Source of the DNA: Macrostomum lignano
Lineage: Eukaryota
NCBI GenBank assembly: GCA_002269645.1
Contig: NIVC01000064.1
Span: forward strand, 496,001-560,000
DNA length: 64,000 nt
Reading direction: 5' to 3'
The position numbers were made by a program, and so were the translations under genes. Under the pieces are notes generated by a model. That model had not been told where the DNA came from. It saw nothing but the letters and a program-made list of their open reading frames with translations, and made no database searches. This document shows positions 23,823 to 36,482 of the stretch, one piece after another; position 1 is the stretch's first letter; the number at the start of each line of letters is the position of its first letter.

Positions 23823-24145
23823 AACTGAGAGAATCTCACCCCACAAAATCATCATCATGACTGAGAGAATCTCACCCCACAAAATCATCATCATGACTGA
23901 GAGAATCTCACCCCACAAAATCATCATGACTGAGAGAATCTCACCCCACAAAATCATCATGACTGAGAGAATCTCACCCCACAAAATCATCATCATGACT
24001 GAGAGAATCTCACCCCACAAAATCATCATCATGACTGAGAGAATCTCACCCCACAAAATCATCATCATGACTGAGAGAATCTCACCCCACAAAATCATCA
24101 TCATGACTGAGAGAATCTCACCGCACAAAATCATAATTAAAACAG
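23823..24145. repeat. 33/36-bp minisatellite (CTGAGAGAATCTCACCCCACAAAATCATCATCATGA)
   Basis: About 9 copies varying by one CAT triplet. Confidence 0.93.
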
Positions 24146-24700
24146 AGAATCTCCTGTTTACTACAGGAGAATCTACAACCAATCAATAATCTCACCCTTA
24201 ACCAATGTGCATAGCTTCCTTAATTCCACATGACAGCATGCATCTAAAAACTGTTGCCATTAAAAATTAGCGACTTGGGGCAGGCAGGCAGGCAGACAGT
24301 CACACAGAAAATTGGGATTTTTAAACAGATCATACAAAATTCCCTCTGTTTAAAACTCTTCCCTGGTTTATAGCGTTTGTAGTTATTTTATTGCGAGGTG
24401 AGCATTACACTGTAGGATGAGTTTAATATTGGCGGATCAATCCACCTCCCTACCTACCTGTATAGCATGGGGGAAAGTTGGGGCTCTGTCGACAATTGCC
24501 CTCTGCAGTCAGAGGGATGGGAGCGCATGGACTGTAATGATTATATGGCACTATGGCTCCCGGCATGTGTTATAGGTTTTGCTCTGGTGTCCCCATCTCA
24601 CTCTCCGGCGGTCTCTGACTCTATTGTAATACTGCAGTGTCTGCCATGGATTTTGCCTTTCGCAATCTAGACAAGGGAACTCCCTGCTTTGGGTGTGTAC

Positions 24701-25770
24701 TAAAGACAGCATCCCCAAAGACAGCACCCCCAAAGACAGCACCCCCAAAGACAGCATCCCCAAAGACAGCACCCCCAAAGACAGCACCCCCAAAGACAGC
24801 ATCCCCAAAGACAGCACCCCCAGACATAATCCCAAAGACAGAATACCCAAAGACAGCATCCCCAAAGACAGCACCCCCAAAGAAGGCACCCCCAAAGACA
24901 GCATCCCCAGACATAATCCCCAAAGACAGCACCCCCAAAGACAGCACCCCAAAAGACAGCATCCCCAAAGACAGCATCCCCAGACATAATCCCCAAAGAC
25001 AGCACCCCCAAAGACAGCACCCCAAAAGACAGCATCCCCAAAGACAGCATCCCCAGACATAATCCCCAAAGACAGCATCCCCAAAGACAGCATCCCCAAA
25101 GACAGCATCCCCAGACATAATCCCCAAAGACAGCACCCCCAAAGACAGCATCCCCAAAGACAGCACCCCCAAAGACAGCATCCCCAAAGACAGCATACCC
25201 AAAGACAGCATCCCCAAAGACAGCATCCCCAAAGACAGCATCCCTAAAGACAGCATCCCCAAAGACAGCATCCCCAAAGACAGCATCCCCAAAGACAGCA
25301 CCCCCAGACATAATCCCAAAGACAGAATACCCAAAGACAGCATCCCCAAAGACAGCACCCCCAAAGAAGGCACCCCCAAAGACAGCATCCCCAGACATAA
25401 TCCCCAAAGACAGCACCCCCAAAGACAGCACCCCAAAAGACAGCATCCCCAAAGACAGCATCCCCAGACATAATCCCCAAAGACAGCACCCCAAAGACAG
25501 CACCCCAAAAGACAGCATCCCAAAGACAGCATCCCCAGACATAATCCCCAAAGACAGCATCCCCAAAGACAGCATCCCCAAAGACAGCATCCCCAGACAT
25601 AATCCCCAAAGACAGCACCCCCAAAGACAGCATCCCCAAAGACAGCACCCCCAAAGACAGCATCCCCAAAGACAGCATACCCAAAGACAGCATCCCCAAA
25701 GACAGCATCCCCAAAGACAGCATCCCCAAAGACAGCATCCCTAAAGACAGCATCCCCAAAGACAGCACCC
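24701..25770 (+). repeat. 15-bp satellite AAAGACAGCATCCCC, left arm of an inverted pair
   Basis: Direct tandem copies with interspersed AGACATAATCCCC variants. Confidence 0.95.
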
Positions 25771-26316
25771 CTTGGCATAATCCCAAATGGACCCAAAAGA
25801 CAGCGCAAAAGGCACTCAACAGGCCACTCCAGACCCAAAGTGTCCAGCACTCCCCAAATGCGCTCATGCATAAATAAGGCAGCACCCCATCAATCCCGCA
25901 GCATAGGGGATTTTGCAAAGGCCTAGCAACATGCAGCTGCAGACAGACGGGGCCAGGAAAGCTGGGATATTGCAAAATTAATTAATTGCCACTATGCGGG
26001 ACATTGTTAATTTTTCTTATCGCACACTGACAACATCCTCACCCCAAATTTATTGCAGCGTTGTACGCAGCTAAATACTAAAATAATTTCACTTTAGTTT
26101 TTTACATATGTACATTTGTCATGGAATACTAGATCTAGACTGAGATCTAGACTAGATCTCAGGAATGCAGTTCCAGATATGAGTTCAATCCCTGATGATA
26201 TATTGGTTGAGAAGCACACACACAGCTTCTAGAACTGGACTTTGATTGCAATCCTGAGTTCAGATCCGCGATTTTTCTCGGGTCACCTGACCCTTCTTGG
26301 CGAACTGCGGTCACTG

Positions 26317-26832
26317 GGATGCTGTCTTTGGGGATGCTGTCTTTGGGGATGCTGTCTTTGAGGATGCTGTTTTTGGGGATGCTGTCTTTGAGGATGCTGT
26401 TTTTGGGGATGCTGTCTTTGGGGATGCTGTCTTTGGGCATGCTGTCTTTGGGGATGCTGTCTTTGGGGATGCTGTCTTTGGGCATGCTGTCTTTGGGGAT
26501 GCTGTCTTTGGGGATGCTGTCTTTGGGGATGCTGTCTTTGGGGATGCTGTCTTTGTGGATGCTGTCTTTGGGGATTCTGTCTGGGGATGCTGTCTTTCGG
26601 GATGCTGTCTTTGGGGATGCTGTCTTTGGGGATGCTGTCTTTGGGGATGCTGTCTTTGGGGATGCTGTCTTTGGGGATGCTGTCTTTGGGGATTCTGTCT
26701 TTGGGATTATGTCTGGGGATGCTGTCTTTGGGGATGCTGTCTTTTGGGGATGTTGAGTTTTGGGGGTGCTATCTTTGGGGATGCTGTCTTTGGGGATTCT
26801 GTGATTGGGGATTCTGTTTTTGGGGATGCTGT
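26317..26832 (-). repeat. 15-bp satellite GGGGATGCTGTCTTT, right arm (reverse complement of 24701-25770)
   Basis: Exact reverse-complement unit, including the GGGATTATGTCT variant. Confidence 0.95.
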
Positions 26833-27483
26833 AAGTGTGTCCTTGAGCATGGGCTTGTAAATGCATTTTAACAAAAAAGCAGCGCATGGTCAATTTATTC
26901 CTTCAACTTTTCAACAGTTATATGCTGTGCAGGTCCTTCGCGGGAGCCAGCAAAGCTGTAATGGGGGTGTTGCTGTCTCTTCCAGACAGACAGGCTGCGT
27001 TTCAGAGAGAAACGTTGAGCCGATATAATTGGCGAGAAGAGTGAGATGAGTTGGTGAAAGTTTATCAGATCATCAGAGCAGGTTTAACAAAATGATGAGT
27101 TAGTCATAATTGAGTCTAACTCGTGTTTCAAGCCCAGTTCAACAAGTTGTCAATCTTGTGCAACTCTGCAGCTCTACAAGCCTCTAAAAGCAATTATCAG
27201 ATCTGTCACCTGGCTTTTGAATCCTGCACTGCATCTCCTGTTAGAGGTTGTTCTGCATTATCTAAATTGATTTTCAACCTCAACAATATCTAATCGAAAA
27301 ATCTGCAAATTTAAAACTGAGATACGAGAGCTGTCGGTGTACCTGCATAGCCTGAATGGTTTATGGCTTAGGCTGCAATTATTGCATATACTTGATGAGG
27401 AGTTTCTCAAAATTCAGGCTCAAACTCTCCAGACTCCTGAGTAAATTGGGGCCGGTGATATGGATGAAATATGCGGTTTTAAT

Positions 27484-27556
27484 GTGACTGCACTTGGAAT
27501 CGAGCCTGGGTCGCTGGCACACCAGAGCCTGAGCTAGACCGCTGGGCTACGGCCCC
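27484..27556 (-). pseudogene. tRNA-derived sequence (SINE head or tRNA pseudogene)
   Basis: Minus strand GGGGCCGTAGCCCAGCGGTCTAG...GCGACCCAGGCTCGATTCC: A box at +8 and B-box-like GGCTCGATTCC at about +51, the tRNA spacing. Acceptor and T stems are broken, so it is not a functional tRNA. Confidence 0.55.
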
Positions 27557-28260
27557 CTCCTCTTCCTATCTACTCTCTCCTCTCCCTATCTACTCTCTCC
27601 TCTCCCTATCTACTCTCTCCTCTCCCTATCTACTCTTTACTCTCCCATATCTACTCTCTCCTCTTCCTATCTACTCTTTCCTCTCCCTATCTACTCTCTC
27701 CTCTCCCTATCTACTCTTTCCTCTCCCTATCTACTCTCTCCTCTCCCTATCTACTCTTTACTCTCCCATCTACTCTCTCCTCTTCCTATCTACTCTCTCC
27801 TCTCCCTATCTACTCTTTCCTCTCCCTATCTACTCTTTCCTCTCCCTATCTACTCTTTACTCTCCCATCTACTCTCTCCTCTCCCTATCTACTCTCTCCT
27901 CTTCCTATCTCCTCTCTCCTCTTCCTATCTACTCTCTCCTCTTCCTATCTACTCTCTCCTCTTCCTATCTACTCTCTCCTCTCCCTATCTACTCTCTCCT
28001 CTTCCTATCTACTCTCTCCTCTCCCATATCTACTCTCTCCTCTTCCTATCTACTCTCTCCTCTTCCCTATCTACTCTCTCCTCTCCCTATCTACTCTTTC
28101 CTCTCCCTATCTACTCTCTCCTCTTCCTATCTACTCTCTCCTCTTCTTGTCTACTCTCTCCTCTTCCTATCTACTCTCTCCTCTTCCTATCTACTCTCTC
28201 CTCTCCCTGTCTACTCTCTTCTCTACTTATCTAATCTCTCGTTCCCTATTTACTTTCTCC
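27557..28260. repeat. 20-bp pyrimidine minisatellite (CTACTCTCTCCTCTCCCTAT)
   Basis: Direct tandem copies. Confidence 0.93.
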
Positions 28261-28864
28261 TCTTTCCTATTTATTCTCTCCTCTCTATATACTATTTCGT
28301 CAACGTGCCTATACCCTATAGAAAAAATTCAGAAAAGCTTATACAAACGATAGGATTAAAAAGTGCATTAGTGCAGCGAAAACCCACTGCAAAATTGCCC
28401 GCGGAGTGAAGACTAGACTAAAACTCATCAATAAAGTAATTTTAAATGAATATACTGCATGCATTTTGCCGACTATTGTCAGTCGTTAGTTGAAATTTTA
28501 ATATGCTTATTTATTCATACAATTCTGGCTTATATGCTATATTCTACAGACAAGAGTTTCCATAACCTTAGCCCAATGCCTAGTTCGCCTAATGACTACA
28601 TAGGTATATACCTATTAGATAAAGTGCGAAAGCTTATATATATCGGCAATAATTTCACTGTTTTATTGTCTGCCATATAAAACTCATTAATGGCGTTTTG
28701 TTTGATGCGTTATAACAAATTGATGCTTGAACTTTGTAGACTTTTCAAAGTTTTTAGAAGACTTTTAGAAGACTGCCTACAGTTGCGGTACTTTTTAATG
28801 TGTTAGCTTCTACAAAAAGTTTTATGTTACAAAAGTTTTACCTGTTACAAAAGAGTTTTACTTG

Positions 28865-29580
28865 TTACAGATTAGGGATGTCACCTGTTACAAATTAGGG
28901 ATGTCACCTGTTACAAGTTAGGTATGTCACCTGTTACAAATTAGGAATATCACCTGTTACAAGTTAGGTATGTCACCTGTTACAAACTAGGTATGTCACC
29001 TGTTACAAACTAGGGATGTCACCTGTTACAAATTAGGCATGTCACCTGTTACAAATTAGGAATGTCACCTGTTACAAATTAGGTATGTCACCTGTTACAA
29101 ACTAGGTATGTCACCTGTTACAAACTAGGGATGTCACCTGCTACAAATTAGGCATGTCACCTGTTACAAATTAGGTATATCACCTGTTACAAACTAGGTA
29201 TGTCACCTGTTACAAACTAGGGATGTCACCTGTTAAAAATTAGGGATGTCACCTGTTACAAATTAGGGATGTCACCTGTTACAAACTAGGGATGTCACCT
29301 GTTACAAATTAGGGATGTCACCTGTTACAAATTAGGGATGTCCCCCTGTTACAAATTAGGGATGTCACCTGTTACAAATTAGGGATGTCACCTGTTACAA
29401 ACTAGGGATGTCACCTGTTACAAATTAGGGATGTCACCTGTTACAAATTAGGGATGTCCCCCTGTTACAAATTAGGGATGTCACCTGTTACAAATTAGGG
29501 ATGTCCCCTGTTACAAGGTAAGAATGTTACCTGTAACAGATTTGGAATGTGAACTGTTAAAAATTAAGGATGTCACCTGT
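28865..29580. repeat. 23-bp minisatellite (TTAGGGATGTCACCTGTTACAAA)
   Basis: Direct tandem copies. Confidence 0.94.
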
Positions 29581-30004
29581 TATAAACGAGTGTAGGTGAA
29601 CAATATTGGATTTCAGAACGGTTCACTAACAAGCTGGACGCAGTCTGACGCAGTCCATAATGGATTAGTCGATAAGCATCAATGAAAATGAGGCTAAAAA
29701 TTTTGGCAAAATTACTCCACATTAGCTATATGATATTATTCAGGCCACATTAATTTTACTCGTCACTAGTATGCATATATTGCGAAACGCTTGGACACAC
29801 GGGGTCACCTTAATTACTAGGCAGGGAAGTCCGCACAACAATTGCCATGTCCTTCACCCGTTATGGTGGCTGGAGTGTGGGCGGAGGGGCTTTGTTCTGT
29901 GTTCTTCAGGGACCTCCTTGCTACTTGAACTGGAAGCCCTAGGTGGGCAGATAAGCAGCAAATTTTTAACTGGCTCTGTCGTAGTTAGGCATAAATATCA
30001 GGCT

Positions 30005-30760
30005 CCCCTTGGTGCTGGCGCCCCTTGGTGCTGGCGCCCCTTGGTGCTGGCGCCCCTTGGTGCTGGCGCCCCTTGGTGCTGGCGCCCCTTGGTGCTGGCG
30101 CCCCTTGGTGCTGGCGCCCCTTGGTGCTGGCGCCCCTTGGTGCTGGCGCCCCTTGGTGCTGGCGCCCCTTGGTGCTGGCGCCCCTTGGTGCTGGCGCCCC
30201 TTGGTGCTGGCGCCCCTTGGTGCTGGCGCCCCTTGGTGCTGGCGCCCCTTGGTGCTGGCGCCCCTTGGTGCTGGCGCCCCTTGGTGCTGGCGTCCCTTGG
30301 TGCTGGCGCCCCTTGGTGCTGGCGCCCCTTGGTGCTGGCGCCCCTTGGTGCTGGCGCCCCTTGGTGCTGGCGCCCCTTGGTGCTGGCGCCCCTTGGTGCT
30401 GGCGCCCCTTGGTGCTGGCGCCCCTTGGTGCTGGCGCCCCTTGGTGCTGGCGCCCCTTGGTGCTAAAGCCCCTTGGTGCTGGCGCCCCTTGGTGCTGGCG
30501 CCCCTTGGTGCTGGCGCCCCTTGGTGCTAAAGCCCCTTGGTGCTGGCGCCCCTTGGTGCTGGCGCCCCTTGGTGCTGGCGCCCCTTGGTGCTGGCGCCCC
30601 TTGGTGCTGGCGCCCTTTGGTGCTGGCGCCCCTTGGTGCTGGCGCCCCTTGGTGCTGGCGCCCCTTGGTGCTGGCGCCCCTTGGTGCTGGCGCCCCTTGG
30701 TGCTGGCGCCCCTTGGTGCTGGCGCCCCTTGGTGCTGGCGCCCCTTGGTGCTGGCGCCTG
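30005..30760. repeat. 16-bp GC-rich satellite (GGTGCTGGCGCCCCTT)
   Basis: Very homogeneous tandem copies. Confidence 0.96.
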
Positions 30761-31549
30761 GCGCCCATCGAATTAGTGCAAATTTATTTAAATCGAAACC
30801 CGACCAGATACAACCAAAATTAGGCATCCTTGGGCAAATATGACCACTAGTTTACACCAGTCTCATTCAAATGCTTCAATTTATGCTTCAAATGTTTCAA
30901 TACGACACGTGGCAGGCGGTTGGGTATTGTGAGTTATAAATATATAAGGAAGATCTCCGCCACTCCTGTGCTCAATTGGGTGAAGATGGTTTGCACAGAC
31001 AGACTGGCAGGCGCTTACAGAGAAAGTGAAGATTGACGTGACAATTGCGCAGGGCTATATGCGCATTAAGGGGACCAAACAATGTGACGGACCCTCATGA
31101 ATTAAAGGCGGTTGCGATGGTGCATTTATAACAAACTGAGCTGCTGGTATACTCGGGGGGTCCCAGGTGCAGTCTTGAGCAAGGCAAGCCAACCATGCTG
31201 GGCCATGCATTATATGCTATGACGCTAGATGAGAATTTTATAAATTTGATAATATAGTTTTGTTCAAATTTATTTGTGCAACAGAGCATGCTTGTACAAG
31301 TGTATATATAAGCGATGCATTGCAAACCATTATATAGAGTTTTGTTGAGTATAACAACACCCTGATATTATGCAATCATTAATGACAAACCGTGTTCCAA
31401 ATACACACAGCGGATTATGCTGTTATATGATTATTGTTAATAGAGAGTGGCTTAGTAGATGGAAACCAATATCTATCTGATTTGATCTATAATCTGTATT
31501 GTGTATACAAGACTGTATCGCCCTCGAGATTCAGTCTTGAGAATCAATC

Positions 31550-32255
31550 TACAGAGTCTAAGTGCCAGAATCTACAGAGTCTAAGTGCCAGAATCTACAG
31601 AGTCTAAGTGCCAGAATCTACAGAGTCTAAGTGCCAGAATCTACAGAGTCTAAGTGCCAGAATCTACAGAGTCTAAGTGCCAGAATCTACAGAGTCTAAG
31701 TGCCAGAATCTACAGAGTCTAAGTGCCAGAATCTACAGAGTCTAAGTGCCAGAATCTACAGAGTCTAAGTGCCAGAATCTACAGAGTCTAAGTGCCAGAA
31801 TCTACAGAGTCTAAGTGCCAGAATCTACAGAGCCCGTGTGTCAGAATCTATAGAGTCGGAGTGGCAGAATCTACAGTCGGAGTGCCAGAATCTACAGTCG
31901 GAGTGCCAGAATCTACAGTCGGAGTGCCAGAATCTACAGTCGGAGTGCCAGAATCTACAGTCGGAGTGCCAGAATCTACAGTCGGGGTGCCAGAATCTAT
32001 AGTGAAAGTGCCAAAATCTACATTTGGAATGCCAGAATCTACAGTGAAAGTGCCAGAATCTACAGTCGGAGTGCCAGAATCTACAGTCGGAGTGCCAGAA
32101 TCTACAGTCGGAGTGCCAGAATCTACAGTCGGAGTGCCAGAATCTACAGTCGGAGTGCCAGAATCTACAGTCGGAGTGCCAGAATCTACAGTCGGAGTGC
32201 CAGAATCTACAGTCGGAGTGCCAGAATCTACAGTCGGAGTGCCAGATTCTACAGT
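31550..32255. repeat. Composite minisatellite: 23-bp AGAGTCTAAGTGCCAGAATCTAC followed by 21-bp AGTCGGAGTGCCAGAATCTAC
   Basis: Two abutting arrays sharing AGTGCCAGAATCTAC; switch near 31830-31860. Confidence 0.94.
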
Positions 32256-32759
32256 CCGATTCGCAATCCATGCTTCAGTGGGAGTTGTGCGGAAGGCGCA
32301 TCTGTTTGTGGGGATTTCAGTCCAGCCAATGGGAGAGCAGCTGACGCGGAATCCCATTGGTCGGCGCGGTGGGATAGTTTTCCCAATCTGCTGTCACCCT
32401 TGGATAAGGGGATAATTTTTGTTTGAATTCGCCCCCCTCCCCCTAGAAGCGACTTGCATCCACTTTTGATAAGCGGATAAACCCACGAATTTCAAAAAAT
32501 TCTGACCAACAAATTTCACTTTCTGCATTTTCGCAATTCAGTTGAATTATCCTATTCGTCAAACTTGGTAAGTCCCAGGGCTTGAGATTGAGCTTTCGGT
32601 AAAGCAGATTTTCTATGGATTTGTAGAGAAGAACCGCCACAACTAACAGAATTGCTATAGTTAGATCGCCACATAAAAACTCCATCAACCCCTTAAGAAT
32701 TTCGCCGTTGAGAAACGCTTGCTGCTTAGAATCTGTCCATTGGCAATCATCTTTAGGTG

Positions 32760-35390
32760 GCCTCAGAGAATCGCCCCTGAGAATCACCCCAGAGAATCGC
32801 GCCTGAGAATCGCCCCAGAGAATCGCCCCAGAGAATCGCCTCTGAGAATCGCCTCTGAGAATCGCCCCAGAGAATCGCCCCAGAGAATCGCCCCACAGAA
32901 TCGCCCCACAGAATCGCCCCAGAGAATTGCCTCTGAGAATCGCCCCAGAGAATCGCCCCAGAGAATCGCCCCACAGAATCGCCCCAGAGAATCGCCCCAG
33001 AGAATCGCCCCACAGAATCGCCCCACAGAATCGCCCCACAGAATCGCCCCAGAGAATCGCCCCAGAGAATCGCCCCAGAGAATCGCCCCAGAGAATCGCC
33101 CCAGAGAATCGCCCCAGAGAATCGCCCCAGAGAATCGCCCCAGAGAATCGCCCCAGAGAATCGCTCCAGAGAATCGCGCCTGAGAATCGCCCCAGAGAAT
33201 CGCCCCAGAGAATCGCCCCAGAGAATCGCTTCAGAGAATCGCTCCAGAGAATCGCGCCTGAGAATCGCCCCAGAGAATCGTTTCTGAGAATCGCCCCAGA
33301 GAATCGTTTCTGAGAATCGCCCCAGAGAATCGCGCCTGAGAATCGCGCCTGAGAATCGCCCCAGAGAATCGTTTCTGAGAATCGCCCCAGAGAATCGTTT
33401 CTGAGAATCGCCCCAGAGAATCGCCCCAGAGAATCGCCCCAGAGAATCGTTTCTGAGAATCGCCCCAGAGAATCGCCCCAGAGAATCGCTCCTGAGAATC
33501 GCCCCTGAGAATCGCCTTTGAGAATCGCCTCTGAGAATCGCCTCAAAGAATCGCCCCAGAGAATCGCCCCAGAGAATCACCCCAGAGAATCGCCCCAGAG
33601 AATCGCCCCAGAGAATCGCCCCAGAGAATCGCCCCAGAGAATCGCTCCTGAGAATCGCCCCAGAGAATCGCGCCTGAGAATCGCCCCAGAGAATCGCCCC
33701 AGAGAATCGCCCCAGAGAATCGCCCCAGAGAATCGCTCCTGAGAATCGCCCCAGAGAATCGCCCCAGAGAATCGCCCCAGAGAATCGCCCCACAGAATCG
33801 CCCCACAGAATCGCCCCACAGAATCGCCCCACAGAATCGCCCCACAGAATCGCCCCACAGAATCGCCCCACAGAATCGCCCCAGAGAATCGCCCCACAGA
33901 ATCGCCCCACAGAATCGCCCCAGAGAATCGCCCCAGAGAATCACGCCTGAGAATCGCCCCACAGAATCGCCCCACAGAATCGCCCCAGAGAATCGCCCCA
34001 GAGAATCGCCCCACAGAATCGCCCCAGAGAATCGCCCCACAGAATCGCCCCAGAGAATCGCCCCAGAGAATCGCCCCACAGAATCGCCCCACAGAATCGC
34101 CCCAGAGAATCGCCCCAGAGAATCGCGCCTGAGAATCGCCCCAGAGAATCGCCCCAGAGAATCGCCTTTGAGAATCACCTCTGAGAATCGCCCCAGAGAA
34201 TCGCCCCAGAGAATCGCTCCTGAGAATCGCCCCACAGAATCGCCCCACAGAATCGCCCCAGAGAATCGCCCCAGAGAATCGCCCCACAGAATCGCCCCAG
34301 AGAATCGCCCCACAGAATCGCCCCAGAGAATCGCCCCAGAGAATCGCCCCAGAGAATCGCCCCACAGAATCGCCCCAGAGAATCGCCTTTGAGAATCACC
34401 TCTGAGAATCGCCCCAGAGAATCGCCCCAGAGAATCGCTCCTGAGAATCGCCCCACAGAATCGCCCCACAGAATCGCCCCAGAGAATCGCCCCAGAGAAT
34501 CGCGCCTGAGAATCGCTCCTGAGAATCGCCCCACAGAATCGCCCCACAGAATCGCCCCAGAGAATCGCCCCAGAGAATCGCCCCACAGAATCGCCCCAGA
34601 GAATCGCCCCACAGAATCGCCCCAGAGAATCGCCCCAGAGAATCGCCCCAGAGAATCGCCCCACAGAATCGCCCCAGAGAATCGCCTTTGAGAATCACCT
34701 CTGAGAATCGCCCCAGAGAATCGCTCCTGAGAATCGCCCCACAGAATCGCCCCACAGAATCGCCCCAGAGAATCGCCCCAGAGAATCGCCCCAGAGAATC
34801 GCGCCTGAGAATCGCCCCAGAGAATCGCCCCAGAGAATCACCCCAGAGAATCACCCCAGAGAATCGCCCCAGAGAATCGCCCCAGAGAATCGCCCCACAG
34901 AATCGCCCCAGAGAATCGCCCCACAGAATCGCCCCAGAGAATCGCCCCAGAGAATCGCCCCAGAGAATCGCCCCACAGAATCGCCCCAGAGAATCGCCTT
35001 TGAGAATCACCTCTGAGAATCGCCCCAGAGAATCGCCCCAGAGAATCGCTCCTGAGAATCGCCCCACAGAATCGCCCCACAGAATCGCCCCAGAGAATCG
35101 CCCCAGAGAATCGCCCCAGAGAATCGCGCCTGAGAATCGCCCCAGAGAATCGCCCCACAGAATCGCCCCAGAGAATCGCCCCAGAGAATCGCCCCAGAGA
35201 ATCACCCCAGAGAATCACCCCAGAGAATCGCCCCAGAGAATCGCCCCAGAGAATCGCCCCAGAGAATCGCCCCAGAGAATCGCCCCAGAGAATCGCCCCA
35301 GAGAATCGCCCCAGAGAATCGCCCCAGAGAATCGCTCCTGAGAATCGCCCCAGAGAATCGCCCCAGAGAATCGCCCCAGAGAATCGCTCT
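32760..35390. repeat. 13-bp satellite (GAGAATCGCCCCA), 2.6 kb, with higher-order structure
   Basis: About 200 monomers; recurrent variant blocks. Confidence 0.97.
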
Positions 35391-36111
35391 TGAATAGGTC
35401 TAAGAATCCCCTTAATCACCTCAAATTTTAATAATGCAGCTCAAGCCACAGGCCCATTAATTTCAACTTAAGGCATTAAGTGACAATAATAAATAACAGA
35501 CAGTAAATCTCAGTTATAAGAAGGCCCCAATGCGTTCATGCTAATTAATTCTCGCTAAAATTATGAATTTTCTGAATAATTTGCATTAATTAGGGAAGTG
35601 TTGTAAATATCAATGGGCATTAAGTATTGGACTCAGAGGGCAATGACTGCATGTGGTGCATGACAGTGCAAGAAGTCATAAAACACAAATTATCAGTGGA
35701 TATAAATGAGGACTGCATCGCGATACGGCCGCGCGCGTTTCACACATCGTTAAATTGGGGATCACGGAGATTTAACTGAGTAAACACTTGGCTGCAATGC
35801 TCAGATGTGAACCAGTTGTCTGACCAGGCGAAATCCGGTCAGAAGTGTTATGAATCTACAATGCTCCAGTCTGCGTTTCTTTGATTTCTCAATAACTGGC
35901 TGGAAGAGTCGTTAAAATCAGTTTAAATTGTCTCTCGCGTCCTACAGAATAAGAAATGACAATTCAATAATGTGCTTGAATTCCTGCGGGTCAGTCAATT
36001 AAATGTTCGTTTTAGCAATATTGAGCCTTTTGATGAGGTCTTTGTTCAGGAGAGTAGGGTTACAGCGCGAAATGCTAGCTAAAAGACACGAACAAAACTT
36101 TTATCACTCAT

Positions 36112-36482
36112 CTCTATGGCGCCTGATCACTTATCTCTATGGCGCATGATCACTCATCTCTATGGCGCCTGATCACTCATCTCTATGGCGCCTGATCACT
36201 CATCTCTATGGCGCATGATCACTCATCTCTATGGCGCCTGATCACTCATCTCTATGGCGCCTGATCACTCATCTCTATGGCGCCTGATCACTCATCTCTA
36301 TGGCGCCTGATCACTCATCTCTATGGCGCATGATCACTTATCTCTATAATGGCGCCTGATCACTCATCTCTATGGCGCCTGATCACTCATCTCTATGGCG
36401 GCTGATCACTTATCTCTATGGCGCCTGATCACTCATCTCTATGGCGCATGATCACTTATCTCTATAATGGCGCCTGATCACC
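36112..36482. repeat. 23-bp minisatellite (ATCACTCATCTCTATGGCGCCTG)
   Basis: Direct tandem copies. Confidence 0.93.

Noticed and set aside
28865-29580. TTAGGG in each 23-bp unit (and GGGTTAG in the intron-3 unit) as an interstitial telomere
   Set aside because: One hexamer per unit embedded in unrelated sequence; there is no (TTAGGG)n run.
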